DNA of 48,428 nt from Dehalococcoidia bacterium (GCA_030665785.1 DAOUZA010000003.1:1-48428), one strand, 5' to 3'. Shown: positions 29,852 through 40,547, counted from the first letter of the stretch. Program-made: numbers and translations. Notes: a model not told the origin generated them from the letters alone.

Positions 29852-30163
29852 TTAATCAATCACCTCGTTACAAGAACGGCAAATTCGCACTTTTCTACCA
29901 TCATCTAGAAAACGAAACCCAACTCGTGCCGGTTTACCACATTTATCACAAAGTAGCATTACATTAGAACAATGGAGCGGAGCTTCAAGCTCAATAATGC
30001 CAGCCTGTCGGGCTGCTCCTCGAGTCCTAGAGTGACGTTTAATCAGATTAACTCCTTCCGCTATAACTTTATTCTCTTTAGGAAGAACTTTACGAACTTT
30101 CCCCTTCTTGCCCTTCTCTTTGCCAGCAATAACAACAATAGTATCGTTTTTCCTTATCTTCAT
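29852..30163 (-). CDS. rplX: 50S ribosomal protein L24
   Basis: [23 protein letters not shown]. Confidence 0.98.
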   Translation of the reverse strand: MKIRKNDTIVVIAGKEKGKKGKVRKVLPKENKVIAEGVNLIKRHSRTRGAARQAGIIELEAPLHCSNVMLLCDKCGKPARVGFRFLDDGRKVRICRSCNEVID

Positions 30164-30164
30164 C

Positions 30165-30533
30165 TTATACGACCTCCGGAGCCAACGAAATTATTTTAGT
30201 AAAATTCTTACCTCGAAGCTCTCTAGCCACAGGACCGAAGATACGGCTTCCTTTAGGATTATTCTTATCGCCAAGAATTACTGCAGCATTCTCATCAAAT
30301 TTAATATAAGAGCCATCTGTGCGGCGGTAAGGTTTGGCCACACGGACAACCACAGCTCGTACTATCTCACCTTGTTTCACCATACTATGCGGTATAGACC
30401 GTTTTACCGAGGCTACAATAATATCGCCAACATGAGCGTACCTTCTTTTAGTGCCACCAGGCACGTTGATACACATGATTTGCTTAGCTCCTGTATTATC
30501 AGCTACTTTAACTCTGGTGTAGGATTGAATCAT
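30165..30533 (-). CDS. rplN: 50S ribosomal protein L14
   Basis: [30 protein letters not shown]. Confidence 0.98.
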   Translation of the reverse strand: MIQSYTRVKVADNTGAKQIMCINVPGGTKRRYAHVGDIIVASVKRSIPHSMVKQGEIVRAVVVRVAKPYRRTDGSYIKFDENAAVILGDKNNPKGSRIFGPVARELRGKNFTKIISLAPEVV

Positions 30534-30804
30534 TCTCCTGTGCTCCTGTTGGTCTCGATGTGAGTTCCACTACTCGCCATCTTTTTTCCTTAGATAGAGG
30601 GCGCATCTCCACAATCTTTACCTTGTCACCAACCTTACAAGCATTATTTTCGTCATGAGCTTTATATTTTTTGATATGCCTCATCAATTTTTTATACAAT
30701 GGATGTGTTCTTACCGTCTCTACAGCTACCACAACAGTTTTATCCATTTTGTCACTCACCACTACCCCAGTTCTAACCTTTCTTTTTCTTAAATGACTCA
30801 TCAT
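30508..30804 (-). CDS. rpsQ: 30S ribosomal protein S17
   Basis: [31 protein letters not shown]. Confidence 0.98.
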   Translation of the reverse strand: MMSHLRKRKVRTGVVVSDKMDKTVVVAVETVRTHPLYKKLMRHIKKYKAHDENNACKVGDKVKIVEMRPLSKEKRWRVVELTSRPTGAQENDSILHQS

Positions 30805-30995
30805 ATGCCAAGTTCTCTTTCTCGAAGAACAGTCTTAAGTCTGCTAATCTCCTTCTTAACTCGCGGTAACTCACGGTGATTGCCAAGTTGCCGAGTAGCT
30901 AAACGAAAACGAAGATTAAAGAGCTCTTCATGAGCCTCTTCCAATTGCTTTAACAGCTCTTCATCGCTAAAAGCACGAATTTCACTGACCTTCAA
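30801..30995 (-). CDS. rpmC: 50S ribosomal protein L29
   Basis: ELFNLRF..AT.QL, position in the S10 operon. Confidence 0.96.
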   Translation of the reverse strand: MKVSEIRAFSDEELLKQLEEAHEELFNLRFRLATRQLGNHRELPRVKKEISRLKTVLRERELGI

Positions 30996-31410
30996 TCTTC
31001 ATTTCTCCTTTTGTAATAAAGCTAGTAGCAATGGGAAGCTTGTAAGAAGCAAAATGCATTGCTTCACGAGCTAAGCTTTCACTTATGCCACCCATTTCAA
31101 AAATAACTCTGCCTCTTTTAACCACAGCTACCCAATGATCGGGAGCACCTTTGCCTCCCCCCATTCTTGTCTCTGCCGGCTTCTTGGTTACCACCTTATC
31201 CGGAAAAACGCGTAGCCATAGTTTGCCACCACGCCGTACATAGCGTACCAAAACACGTCGGGCAGCCTCAATCTGCCTTGCTGTTAGCCAAACAGATTCT
31301 TCAGCCATCAATCCAAAATCACCGAAGACCACAGTATTACCACTAGTGGCTTCCCCTTTTAAGTGACCTCTATGGACTTTACGATATTTCACCCGTTTCG
31401 GTTGTAGCAC
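30982..31410 (-). CDS. rplP: 50S ribosomal protein L16
   Basis: [25 protein letters not shown]. Confidence 0.98.
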   Translation of the reverse strand: MLQPKRVKYRKVHRGHLKGEATSGNTVVFGDFGLMAEESVWLTARQIEAARRVLVRYVRRGGKLWLRVFPDKVVTKKPAETRMGGGKGAPDHWVAVVKRGRVIFEMGGISESLAREAMHFASYKLPIATSFITKGEMKIEGQ

Positions 31411-32050
31411 TTTCCTTCATTACCTCCTTAGGAATATCGCCTCTATAGATCCACACCTTAACCCCGATACGTCCCATTGCCGTATGAGCTTCGACAAAAC
31501 CATAATCTATATCAGCAGATAACTTATGCAATGGCATTTGCCCTTGATGCAAAGTCTGAAAACGAGCGATCTCAGCTCCACCAAGCCTGCCACTACACTT
31601 TATCTTTATCCCCTTTGCACCTGCTTCTAAAGTTCTAAAAGCTGCCTGGCTCATTACTCGGCGAAATGGAATTCTGTTTTCGATTCGTTCAGCTATGTTT
31701 TGAGCTACTGGGTGAGCTTCAAGCTCTGGACGCTCAACCTCTCGAATAGTTAACCTGATTTTCCCATCGCTAATTTTCTCCAACTCCTTTTTTAATATTT
31801 CTATATTTTGCCCCCCTCTCCCAATAAGAATGCCAGGATGAACGGAATAAATGGTTAAACCTATCTCGTCTCCAAGCCGCTCGGTTTCCACGCGAGAAAC
31901 ACCACTAACACGGCATCTTTGTGCTATAGCCTTGCGTAATTTTAGGTCCTCCAGAAGGAAGCGGCTATAGTCCTTTTCAGCATACCATTTAGCATCCCAG
32001 TCCTGACTAATACCCAACCTAAAACCGCGTGGGTGAACTTTATGCCCCAA
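31379..32050 (-). CDS. rpsC: 30S ribosomal protein S3
   Basis: [30 protein letters not shown]. Confidence 0.98.
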   Translation of the reverse strand: MGHKVHPRGFRLGISQDWDAKWYAEKDYSRFLLEDLKLRKAIAQRCRVSGVSRVETERLGDEIGLTIYSVHPGILIGRGGQNIEILKKELEKISDGKIRLTIREVERPELEAHPVAQNIAERIENRIPFRRVMSQAAFRTLEAGAKGIKIKCSGRLGGAEIARFQTLHQGQMPLHKLSADIDYGFVEAHTAMGRIGVKVWIYRGDIPKEVMKESATTETGEIS

Positions 32051-32052
32051 GG

Positions 32053-32391
32053 TTAACTTCCCTCCTCCATAACAAACACTGTAATATGGCTAGCCCGTTT
32101 TAAAATGGGGCTTACTCGCCCTCTTGCCTGTGGGCGAAACCTCTTCAAAGTATGCCCTTGATCACAAAGGATTTCACTAATCCTAAGGTCAGCAGGAGAC
32201 ACTTGCAAATTATTTTCAGCATTAGCTGCTGCTGATTTAATCACTTTGGCCACAGCCTTAGCTGCCGGAGTAGGTAGAAAACTAAGGATTGTTAATGCCT
32301 CATCAATTTTTCTACCCCTAACTATATCAGCCACTAAACGAACTTTTTTAGGTGAGATACCAACGTCTTTAGCTACAGCTTTTACCTTCAT
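32053..32391 (-). CDS. rplV: 50S ribosomal protein L22
   Basis: SPKKVRLVAD, SAAANAENN, ARGR, SHIT. Confidence 0.98.
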   Translation of the reverse strand: MKVKAVAKDVGISPKKVRLVADIVRGRKIDEALTILSFLPTPAAKAVAKVIKSAAANAENNLQVSPADLRISEILCDQGHTLKRFRPQARGRVSPILKRASHITVFVMEEGS

Positions 32392-32398
32392 TCACTCA

Positions 32399-32683
32399 TT
32401 ACCTCGCCTGTACAGTGACCTTAGCCTTGCTAATATGCCCTCTAAATGTTTTGGTAGGAGCAAATTCTGCCAACTTACGCCCAACCATGCCTTCAGTGAT
32501 AAAAATAGGTACGTGTCTCCTCCCGTTATGAACAGCAATAGTGTGCCCTATCATTTGGGGAAGGATAGTAGAAGCACGGGACCAGGTCTTTATTACCGTC
32601 TTCTCCCCCGAATTATTGAGCAACTCTATTTTCTTAAGTAATTTAGCATCGCAATAGGGACCTTTTTTACGTGACCTCGACAT
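32399..32683 (-). CDS. rpsS: 30S ribosomal protein S19
   Basis: KKGP, KTWSR.STI.P, VHNGR, EFAPT. Confidence 0.98.
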   Translation of the reverse strand: MSRSRKKGPYCDAKLLKKIELLNNSGEKTVIKTWSRASTILPQMIGHTIAVHNGRRHVPIFITEGMVGRKLAEFAPTKTFRGHISKAKVTVQAR

Positions 32684-32684
32684 T

Positions 32685-33506
32685 TCACTTCCTTCGCTTA
32701 ATAATCATTTTATCTGATTTCTTATTACGGCGTGTCTTTCGCCCCAGTGCCGGCTTCCCCCAAGGTGTTTTAGGAGGCATCCCTCGAGGACTTCTACCCT
32801 CACCTCCTCCATGAGGATGATCTCTCGGGGTCATAGCAGAACCACGAACTGTAGGACGGAACCCCAACCACCTTCGACATCCTGCCTTACCCAGCACCAA
32901 ATTCTCATGTTCAACGTTACCTAGTTGTCCAATAGTAGCCCAACAGTTATGGTGAAACTTCCGTAATTCACCCGAGGGCAACTGAAGCGAGACATATTTA
33001 CCCTCCTTACTCAATATTTGAGCAGCAGTCCCAGCGCTGTGAACAAGCTGACCACCCCTGCCAGGCTCAATTTCAATATTATGGATTAACGTGCCCGTTG
33101 GAATCAAACCGATAGGTAAGGCATTTCCTATTCTTATGTCAACTTGCTCTCCCGCCTCCACAACATCCCCCACCTGAAGACCTAAAGGAGCAAGGACATA
33201 ACGCTTTTCTCCATCAGCATAATAAATTAATGCGATCCGAGTTGAACGATTAGGATCATATTCAATGGCAGCCACTTTGCCAGGAACGCCAATTTTATCC
33301 CTCTTAAAATCGATGATTCTAAGCTTGCGTTTGGCCCCACCACCACGGTGACGTACTGTTATTACACCGCGACTATTGCGTCCCCCTTTCTTCCGCAATG
33401 GCAGGAGCAATGATTTTTCAGGAACTGCCTTAGTTATTTCCTCAAAACTAGCTTTAACCATCCCTCTCCTACTAGGAGAAGTTGGCTTGTAACTCTTTAA
33501 TGCCAC
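32685..33506 (-). CDS. rplB: 50S ribosomal protein L2
   Basis: [26 protein letters not shown]. Confidence 0.99.
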   Translation of the reverse strand: MALKSYKPTSPSRRGMVKASFEEITKAVPEKSLLLPLRKKGGRNSRGVITVRHRGGGAKRKLRIIDFKRDKIGVPGKVAAIEYDPNRSTRIALIYYADGEKRYVLAPLGLQVGDVVEAGEQVDIRIGNALPIGLIPTGTLIHNIEIEPGRGGQLVHSAGTAAQILSKEGKYVSLQLPSGELRKFHHNCWATIGQLGNVEHENLVLGKAGCRRWLGFRPTVRGSAMTPRDHPHGGGEGRSPRGMPPKTPWGKPALGRKTRRNKKSDKMIIKRRK

Positions 33507-33526
33507 AAATTACCTCCAATTTATAT

Positions 33527-33622
33527 CTATGGATGTTTCCTCTGCCACCGAGTTTTCTTCATAAGCTTCCGATGATGATGCTTGGACATCTTCTTTTTTC
33601 TCCACTTTATTACTGACCCCAT
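33527..33622 (-). CDS. 31-aa basic protein of the bS22 / mS38 (AURKAIP1/COX24-domain) family; not in ORF track
   Basis: Manual translation MGSVIKWRKKKMSKHHHRKLMKKTRWQRKHP; matches the actinobacterial bS22 pattern as recalled ([23 protein letters not shown].QR); AAGG upstream; fills the rplW-rplB gap. Confidence 0.85.
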   Translation of the reverse strand: MGSVIKWRKKKMSKHHHRKLMKKTRWQRKHP

Positions 33623-33634
33623 GGTTAACCTTTT

Positions 33635-33919
33635 TTAAACACCTTCAAAGAAGCTGATCTTATCACCTGGTTCCAGAGTAACCACTGCCTTTTTCCATGG
33701 TGAACTTGTTACTTCTCTCCTACCCATTCTCTTCGTCTTTCCAGGAGTGGTTATCACGTTTACTTTAGATACCTTTACTTTAAATGCCAGCTCAATTGCC
33801 TGCTTAATTTGAGCCTTATTAGTTTCTCTAGCTACCTCAAAGACATACTTACTTCCCTCTTGAAGCAATGTAGCTTTCTCCGAAATTATGGGACGTCGTA
33901 AAACTTCATAGGGATGCAT
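33635..33919 (-). CDS. rplW: 50S ribosomal protein L23
   Basis: PIISEKA, NK.QIK.AIE..F.VKV, WKKAVVTL. Confidence 0.98.
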   Translation of the reverse strand: MHPYEVLRRPIISEKATLLQEGSKYVFEVARETNKAQIKQAIELAFKVKVSKVNVITTPGKTKRMGRREVTSSPWKKAVVTLEPGDKISFFEGV

Positions 33920-34553
33920 GCTTAATCGCCTTTCTTCCCCAAGTTTGCTCTATTTTACGTATTGCATCAATAGTGATCATCAGTTTTTGATGAGAAAGTA
34001 AATCAGCCACATTGATCAAAGCCGAAGGTAAAACATCCACGGTAATTAAATTGTTAGCTGACTTAACTACATTTGGAGTAGCATCAGGAGTAACAATTAA
34101 TACTGAAGATTCGATGCCAAGTGCTGATAAGATGTTAATCATCTCCTTTGTTCCTGGCTTATCAAAAGTACACTCCTCAACCACTTTTATATTACCCTCT
34201 CTAACTTTAGCAGAAAGAACGCACTTTAAAGCTAGACGCCTCATTTTCTTAGGCATAGCCTGGTGATACGTACGAGGGTGGGGACCAAAAGCTACTCCCC
34301 CCCCTCTAAGAACCGGTGACCCTACAGCTCCCCTCCTTGCTCGTCCGGTATGTTTTTGCAAATAAACTTTCCTCGTGCTCCCACGGACTTCTCCCCTTGT
34401 TTTCGTGGACGCAGTACCTTGACGTTTATTAGCTAATTGCCTCACTAATGCTTGATGAACCACAGCATCATTAAAAGGAAGACCGAAGATATCATCGCTA
34501 ATCTCTAGTTGTGTAACAACTTCACCGGATAGATTATGAACTGGGACTTGCAT
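33906..34553 (-). CDS. rplD: 50S ribosomal protein L4
   Basis: RQGTASTKTRGEV, QK.TGRAR, GGGVAFGP.PR. Confidence 0.98.
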   Translation of the reverse strand: MQVPVHNLSGEVVTQLEISDDIFGLPFNDAVVHQALVRQLANKRQGTASTKTRGEVRGSTRKVYLQKHTGRARRGAVGSPVLRGGGVAFGPHPRTYHQAMPKKMRRLALKCVLSAKVREGNIKVVEECTFDKPGTKEMINILSALGIESSVLIVTPDATPNVVKSANNLITVDVLPSALINVADLLSHQKLMITIDAIRKIEQTWGRKAIKHASL

Positions 34554-35174
34554 TTATACTTCCTCCACTTTCTCAATAAACAATAATCCCTTATTAGCTC
34601 CGGGTACGGCACCCTTTAATAAAAGCAGGCTGCGATTCGAATCAGCTTCGATGACCTCTACATTATGCACGGTTACTTTCCTCGCCCCCATATGTCCAGC
34701 CATACGCTTTCCTTTAAACACCCTGCCTGGATAGGTGGTAGCACCGATTGACCCTGGAGCACGATGACGGTCAGATTGCCCATGCGTTTTTGGTCCTCCG
34801 GCAAAATGATGGCGTTTTACTACACCAGCAAAGCCCTTTCCCTTAGAGAAACCACTTACATTTACTAAGTCACCTTTTCCCAAAAATCCGACATCCATTT
34901 GCTGACCACGCTGATATGAGCTAACATCGTCGGTCTTAAACTCATGAAGATAACGAACTTCCTCCATATCTTTGAGGTGTCCAGATTGAGGCGAGTTAAG
35001 ATGGCTTACCTTCCCAAAACCAAGCTGGATAGCATTATATCCATCCTTGCTTTCACTCTTCACCTGGGTGACAAAACAAGGACCAGCTTCAATAGCAGTT
35101 ACTGCTGCCGCTTCGCCATTTTCCAGGAAAACTTGTGTCATACCTATCTTCTTGCCAATAATGCCTTGAACCAT
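34554..35174 (-). CDS. rplC: 50S ribosomal protein L3
   Basis: GKKIGMTQ, KGKGFAG, HRAPGSIG, GKRMAGHMG. Confidence 0.98.
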   Translation of the reverse strand: MVQGIIGKKIGMTQVFLENGEAAAVTAIEAGPCFVTQVKSESKDGYNAIQLGFGKVSHLNSPQSGHLKDMEEVRYLHEFKTDDVSSYQRGQQMDVGFLGKGDLVNVSGFSKGKGFAGVVKRHHFAGGPKTHGQSDRHRAPGSIGATTYPGRVFKGKRMAGHMGARKVTVHNVEVIEADSNRSLLLLKGAVPGANKGLLFIEKVEEV

Positions 35175-35181
35175 CGCTTTA

Positions 35182-35490
35182 TCACAATTTGATATCTACT
35201 TGCACTCCAGAAGGTAAGTTAAGTTGACTTAGAGCATCTATGGTTTTAGCGCTAGGTTGCAAGATGTCTATTAACCGCTTATGTGTGCGAATTTCAAACT
35301 GTTCTCTAGAATCCTTATCAATATTCGGGGAACGGATAACGCAAAACTTCTCTATTTTTGTAGGCAAGGGTATAGGACCAACAACTATAGCTCCAGTGCG
35401 TTCCACAGTATCCACTATCTGTCTTACTGACTGATCAACCAGTCTATGATCAAAACCTTTTATTTTAACCCGGATTTTTTGATTGCTCAT
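35182..35490 (-). CDS. rpsJ: 30S ribosomal protein S10
   Basis: [25 protein letters not shown]. Confidence 0.98.
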   Translation of the reverse strand: MSNQKIRVKIKGFDHRLVDQSVRQIVDTVERTGAIVVGPIPLPTKIEKFCVIRSPNIDKDSREQFEIRTHKRLIDILQPSAKTIDALSQLNLPSGVQVDIKL

Positions 35491-37572
35491 CTATCTCACC
35501 ACCATCTCAGCCATGTACTGCTTGGCTAAATCATCAGGTAATTCCTGATAACGACAAAATTCCATAGTGCAATTTGCCCTTCCCTGGCTGAGGGATCTCA
35601 AATCTCCAGCGAAACCAAAGATTTCCGATAGAGGAACGGAACAACGAATAATAGAAAAGGTCTCGTGGGTTTCAATGTTTTCAATATGGGCTCTTCTCGA
35701 ATTTAAATCACCTAAAATTTCCCCTAGAAATTGCTCCGGAGTGACTATTCCTACCTTCATAATTGGTTCGAGCAGGATGGGCTTAGCCTTAGGCATACCG
35801 TTCTTCACCGCAATGGACGCTGCTATGTTAAACGCTAAATCAGAAGAATCGACTTCATGGAAACTACCATCGTATAGAGTTACTTTAATGTCCACCGTAG
35901 GATATCCAGATACTCCGCTTTGCAAAGCTGCTCGAACACCTGCTTCTATAGCAGAAATGAATTCCTTAGGTATGACTCCACTGCGGATTTGATTAAAAAA
36001 GGCAAAACCACTGCCTCTCTCACCAGGCTCCAGCCTAAGCCAAACATGTCCATACTGTCCTTTACCTCCAGACTGACGAATAAATTTCCCTTCAGATTCT
36101 ACTGGGATGGTTATTGTTTCCTTATAAGCGACTTGCGGCTTACCAACATTTACCTTTATCCCAAATTCACGCGAAGCACGCTCTGTAAGAACCTCAAGAT
36201 GAAGCTCACCCATGCCTGAAATAATAGTTTGACCAGTCTCTGAATTCTGGTAACACTTGAAAGTTGGGTCTTCATCCACAAGTTTATTTAAAACATTATG
36301 TAATTTATCCTGGTCAGCCTTACTCTTAGGTTCAATTGCCATGGAAAGTACTGGCTCAGGAAAACGTATAGACTCAAGGAGCAAAGGAGAGGCAACATTG
36401 CAAATCGTGTCACCGGTAAATGTCTTTCTAAGCCCAACAACAGCTACAATGGCGCCTGTGTCAGCGTCATCTACTTCCTCCCGGCGATTAGCATGCATAA
36501 GATATAGCTTTCCCATCCGTTCCCTTTCATTCCTCGTGGAGTTAAGAATCTGGGCCCCGGCTTTTACTTTTCCTGAATACACACGGAGATAACTCAATCT
36601 GCCCATAAATGGGTCAGAAACTGTTTTAAAAACCAACGCTGCAAGAGCATCTTCATCATTGGGCCGACAAATAATTTCCTTCTCGCCATTAAGTCCCATT
36701 GCAGAGATAGGAGGAATATCCAGAGGCGAAGGAAGATAATCAACAACGGCATCGAGCAGAGGACGTATCCCTTTACCCCTCAGAGCGCTACCACAAAGAA
36801 CGGGAACTGCTTGATTGGCTATGGTTAACTTTCTTATAGCAACTTTTAGTAATGAGACTGGAATATCTTGACCTTCGAGATACATTTGCATAATCTGATC
36901 ATCACTTTCAGCTAACCTCTCAATTAATTTTTGACGGTACTCAGTCGCCATAGCCCTGTCATTCTCAGGAATAGGTTCCTTTACAGGCATTAAATCAGGA
37001 TCATCAGGGAAAGTAATAGCTTTATTCTCCACAAGGTCAATAACTCCTCGGAAAAGATTTTCAACCCCTAGAGGGAGCTGTATAGGTAACGGTTTAGCTT
37101 GAAGCCGCTCTTCCACCATTCTTATAGCGTGATAAAAGTCAGCACCGACTCTGTCCATCTTGTTAAGAAAACAGAGCCTAGCTACATTATATTTATCTGC
37201 CTGGCGCCACACCGTCTCCGATTGAGCTTCGACGCCCGCTAAAGCATCGAGTATTACGATGCCACCATCTAACACACGGAGACTGCGTTCTACTTCAGCG
37301 GTGAAATCTACATGCCCAGGAGTATCAATGATGTTGATGCGGTGCTCACGCCAGTAGCAGGTAGTAGCCGCGGAAGTAATAGTAATGCCACGCTCACGTT
37401 CCTGCTGCATCCAATCCATGGTCGCAGTGCCTTCATCTACCTCGCCAATCTTGTAGGTGTACCCTGTATGGTAGAGCATCCTCTCCGTAGCAGTAGTTTT
37501 ACCAGCATCTATATGGGCAATAATGCCCATATTACGTATCTTTTCTAAAGGGAAAGTTCGTGACACGCCCAC
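35491..37572 (-). CDS. fusA: Elongation factor G
   Basis: AHIDAGKTT, ERGITI, DTPGHVDF, NKMD, GMGELHL, QSGGKGQYGH; GTG 37566 is a plausible alternative start. Confidence 0.98.
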   Translation of the reverse strand: MGVSRTFPLEKIRNMGIIAHIDAGKTTATERMLYHTGYTYKIGEVDEGTATMDWMQQERERGITITSAATTCYWREHRINIIDTPGHVDFTAEVERSLRVLDGGIVILDALAGVEAQSETVWRQADKYNVARLCFLNKMDRVGADFYHAIRMVEERLQAKPLPIQLPLGVENLFRGVIDLVENKAITFPDDPDLMPVKEPIPENDRAMATEYRQKLIERLAESDDQIMQMYLEGQDIPVSLLKVAIRKLTIANQAVPVLCGSALRGKGIRPLLDAVVDYLPSPLDIPPISAMGLNGEKEIICRPNDEDALAALVFKTVSDPFMGRLSYLRVYSGKVKAGAQILNSTRNERERMGKLYLMHANRREEVDDADTGAIVAVVGLRKTFTGDTICNVASPLLLESIRFPEPVLSMAIEPKSKADQDKLHNVLNKLVDEDPTFKCYQNSETGQTIISGMGELHLEVLTERASREFGIKVNVGKPQVAYKETITIPVESEGKFIRQSGGKGQYGHVWLRLEPGERGSGFAFFNQIRSGVIPKEFISAIEAGVRAALQSGVSGYPTVDIKVTLYDGSFHEVDSSDLAFNIAASIAVKNGMPKAKPILLEPIMKVGIVTPEQFLGEILGDLNSRRAHIENIETHETFSIIRCSVPLSEIFGFAGDLRSLSQGRANCTMEFCRYQELPDDLAKQYMAEMVVR

Positions 37573-37575
37573 TCC

Positions 37576-38049
37576 TCACCAACGATAATGTACGAAGGCT
37601 CTATTAGCTTCAGCCATCCGATGAACATCGCTGCGCTTTTTAATTGCCGCTCCTTGACCATGAATAGCATCAGTCAACTCAGCAGCTAATTTTTCTGCCA
37701 TTGAATTACCATGGCGTGCTCGCGCTGCGCCAATTAACCATCTCATTGCGATAGAACGCCCCCGATTTTCTTCTACTTCCACAGGAACCTGGTATGTAGC
37801 CCCACCAATGCGTCGCGACTTAACCATAAGAGCTGGTGTAACATTCTTAACCGCCTGTTCCAGAACTTCTACAGGGCCACTATCTGCTCGTTCACTGGTA
37901 AGCATCAAAGCATCATAAACAACACGCTCAGCAGTGGCTTTCTGCCCACGCAACATGAGTTTATTAATAAATTTAGACATAATAACGCTTCCATACTTAG
38001 CGTCCGGAGGAATTTCTCTCTTTACTACCTTGTTACCTTTTCTCGGCAT
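37576..38049 (-). CDS. rpsG: 30S ribosomal protein S7
   Basis: SRRIGGATYQVP, HRMAEANRAF.HYRW. Confidence 0.98.
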   Translation of the reverse strand: MPRKGNKVVKREIPPDAKYGSVIMSKFINKLMLRGQKATAERVVYDALMLTSERADSGPVEVLEQAVKNVTPALMVKSRRIGGATYQVPVEVEENRGRSIAMRWLIGAARARHGNSMAEKLAAELTDAIHGQGAAIKKRSDVHRMAEANRAFVHYRW

Positions 38050-38057
38050 GTGCTACC

Positions 38058-38477
38058 TCACTCGCCTGCAGTCCGTTTAGTACCATATCGACTACGACTC
38101 TGTTTCCGATTAGCCACCCCTTCGGTATCTAGGGTACCACGAACAATGTGGTAGCCAATTCCGGGAACATCTTTGACTCTACCACCACGAATTAAAACCA
38201 CCGAATGTTCTTGTAAATTATGCCCTTCGCCAGGAATATAAGCGGTCACTTCCATCCCGTTAGTTAGCCTTACGCGAGCAACCTTACGTAATGCCGAATT
38301 CGGTTTCTTAGGAGTAACAGCCTTAACCTGGATACAAACGCCTCGCTTCTGAGGTGAACCTTCAGTCCAGCGAGTTCTGCCTTTTATGGCATTATAACTT
38401 AAATGCAACGCTGGAACCTTGGTTCGCTTATTAGGTTTCTTGCGTCCCTTGCGAACAAGCTGATTAATCGTTGGCAC
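38058..38477 (-). CDS. rpsL: 30S ribosomal protein S12
   Basis: [36 protein letters not shown]. Confidence 0.99.
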   Translation of the reverse strand: MPTINQLVRKGRKKPNKRTKVPALHLSYNAIKGRTRWTEGSPQKRGVCIQVKAVTPKKPNSALRKVARVRLTNGMEVTAYIPGEGHNLQEHSVVLIRGGRVKDVPGIGYHIVRGTLDTEGVANRKQSRSRYGTKRTAGE

Positions 38478-38622
38478 TTCTATAACCTTCTCATATCTTA
38501 GACTATTTTAAAACCGCCTAGTTGTACATCAACCATTCTTGCTATAACTATAGCACAGATTCAACCAGACAGCCTTTACTACCTGCTTAATTTACTCCTC
38601 AACTAGAGCACAACAAAACTAC

Positions 38623-38651
38623 AATTTAGCAAACCAAGGTAAATATGTCAA
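38623..38651 (-). promoter_or_regulatory. sigma70-type promoter for the str/S10 supercluster
   Basis: TTGACA-17 bp-TAAATT with an extended TG, ~145 nt upstream of rpsL. Confidence 0.7.
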
Positions 38652-38711
38652 CTTATATAACTAGCTATTTTGAAGTTTACCAGAGCAAGAAGCTATAATG
38701 CCTGAGATAAA

Positions 38712-40547
38712 ATGCACGAATTCAACACCATCCTTACACGAGTTTCAAAACCTGCTCGCTATACCGGAGGTGAGTGGAATAGCATAGTCAAGGATTGGGA
38801 GGCGACGCCGATTCGAACTGCTGTATGCTACCCCGAAATTTATGAAATTGGCATGTCCAACTTAGCAATAGCTATCTTGTACAAGATACTCAATGAACAA
38901 CCAGATGTCTTGGCGGAAAGGGTTTTCGCTCCATGGATAGATATGGAAATAGTGCTGCGAGAACGCCATATCCCCCTTTTCAGCTTGGAATCAAAACATA
39001 GGCTAGACGAATTCGACATTATCGGCTTCTCACTAGGCTACGAGCTTACTTATACTAATGTGTTAAACATCCTAAACTTAGCTCAAATTCCCTTATTCAA
39101 TTATCACAGGGATAACTCCCATCCTTTGATAATAGCCGGTGGTAGCTGTGCTCTCAATCCCGAGCCTATGGCTGATTTCATTGATTTGTTTGTCGTTGGT
39201 GAAGGTGAAGAAATAATTGTCGAGTTGCTAGAGCTCTTCCGAGCATATAGAGAGGACAAAGAAGAATTGCTTCGACAAGCTGCTAAATTACCTGGGATTT
39301 ATGTGCCTCGTTTTTACCAAGCTTACTACAACAAGAATGGCACTATAAACAGCATTGCCCCTACGCTACCTGAAGTCAAGCCAAAAATCGAACGTAGAGT
39401 AGTAGCCAAATTACCTCCTCCAGTTACAAGGCCAGTGGTTCCTTACATTGAGGTAATACATGGGCATGGATCTGTAGAAATCCAGCGAGGTTGCACTGGA
39501 GGTTGTCGATTCTGCCAAGCTGGAATGATCTACCGCCCTGTCCGAGAGCGCCCACAACAAGAAGTAATAAAAGCTACAGCCGAATTGCTAAAATATTGCG
39601 GATATAATGAAATATCGCTACTTTCCTTGGACACCGCAAAATATACTGACATTGAGGGACTCATTGATAAATTAGCGAATCAGTATTATACAAGACAGTT
39701 TACCTTATCCTTACCAAGCTTACGTCTAGATTCAGTCACGGCAGAGTTAACTGAATTGCTAATGAGAACACGGCACAAAATAACTCTGACCTTTGCTCCC
39801 GAAGCAGGAAGTGAAAGATTGCGCCGTGTAATCAACAAAAATATTCCCGAACAAGCTATGTTGGAGACATTAGCTGCTCTAAATAAAGATTGGGTAAATC
39901 TGAAATTATACTTTATCATCGGATTGCCTAGCGAGACCCTTGATGATATAAAAAGCATTGTTGAGCTTGTTACCAAAATAAGTCGTCTATGCCGAAAAAG
40001 CAGGCTACGCGTTAGCACGTCTATTCTCGTTCCTAAGCCACATACTCCCTGCCAATGGATGGGACAGGAAACAGAGGAAAAATTATTACCTAAATATGAA
40101 ATATTAAAGCGAGGATTGAACCAAGCAAGGATAGGATTTTCCTGGCCTAATCTCAAAGCTAGCCAACTAGAAGCAGCTTTATCCAGGGGTGACCGCCGTC
40201 TGAGCAAAGTTATCCATCGTGCTTGGCAACTAGGGTGCAAATTTGATGCCTGGAGCGAATGTTTCAATCACCGAAAATGGATTACCGCTTTTGAAGAGCA
40301 AGGACTTGATATTTCCTTCTACGCCAATCGGGAGCGAGCACTTGATGAAGTGTTACCCTGGGAGCATATTGACACTGGAGTAACTAGGAAATTCCTGGAA
40401 AGGGAATACTACAACCTTTGGCAAATGAAGGAAACACCAGATTGTAGCCACGGAAAATGTAATGCTTGTGGATTACAACGTTGGTCAATTGCCTGTCGTG
40501 AAAAATACAAGACAGCCCGTGCAAACTCCACCTTACCAGCAGATTAA
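38712..40547 (+). CDS. B12-binding-domain radical SAM protein (TIGR03960-like)
   Basis: KPARYTGGEWN, YEIGMSNL, RGCTGGCRFCQAG, TFAPEAGSERLR, FDAWSE, LPWEHI. Confidence 0.88.
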   Translation: MHEFNTILTRVSKPARYTGGEWNSIVKDWEATPIRTAVCYPEIYEIGMSNLAIAILYKILNEQPDVLAERVFAPWIDMEIVLRERHIPLFSLESKHRLDEFDIIGFSLGYELTYTNVLNILNLAQIPLFNYHRDNSHPLIIAGGSCALNPEPMADFIDLFVVGEGEEIIVELLELFRAYREDKEELLRQAAKLPGIYVPRFYQAYYNKNGTINSIAPTLPEVKPKIERRVVAKLPPPVTRPVVPYIEVIHGHGSVEIQRGCTGGCRFCQAGMIYRPVRERPQQEVIKATAELLKYCGYNEISLLSLDTAKYTDIEGLIDKLANQYYTRQFTLSLPSLRLDSVTAELTELLMRTRHKITLTFAPEAGSERLRRVINKNIPEQAMLETLAALNKDWVNLKLYFIIGLPSETLDDIKSIVELVTKISRLCRKSRLRVSTSILVPKPHTPCQWMGQETEEKLLPKYEILKRGLNQARIGFSWPNLKASQLEAALSRGDRRLSKVIHRAWQLGCKFDAWSECFNHRKWITAFEEQGLDISFYANRERALDEVLPWEHIDTGVTRKFLEREYYNLWQMKETPDCSHGKCNACGLQRWSIACREKYKTARANSTLPAD

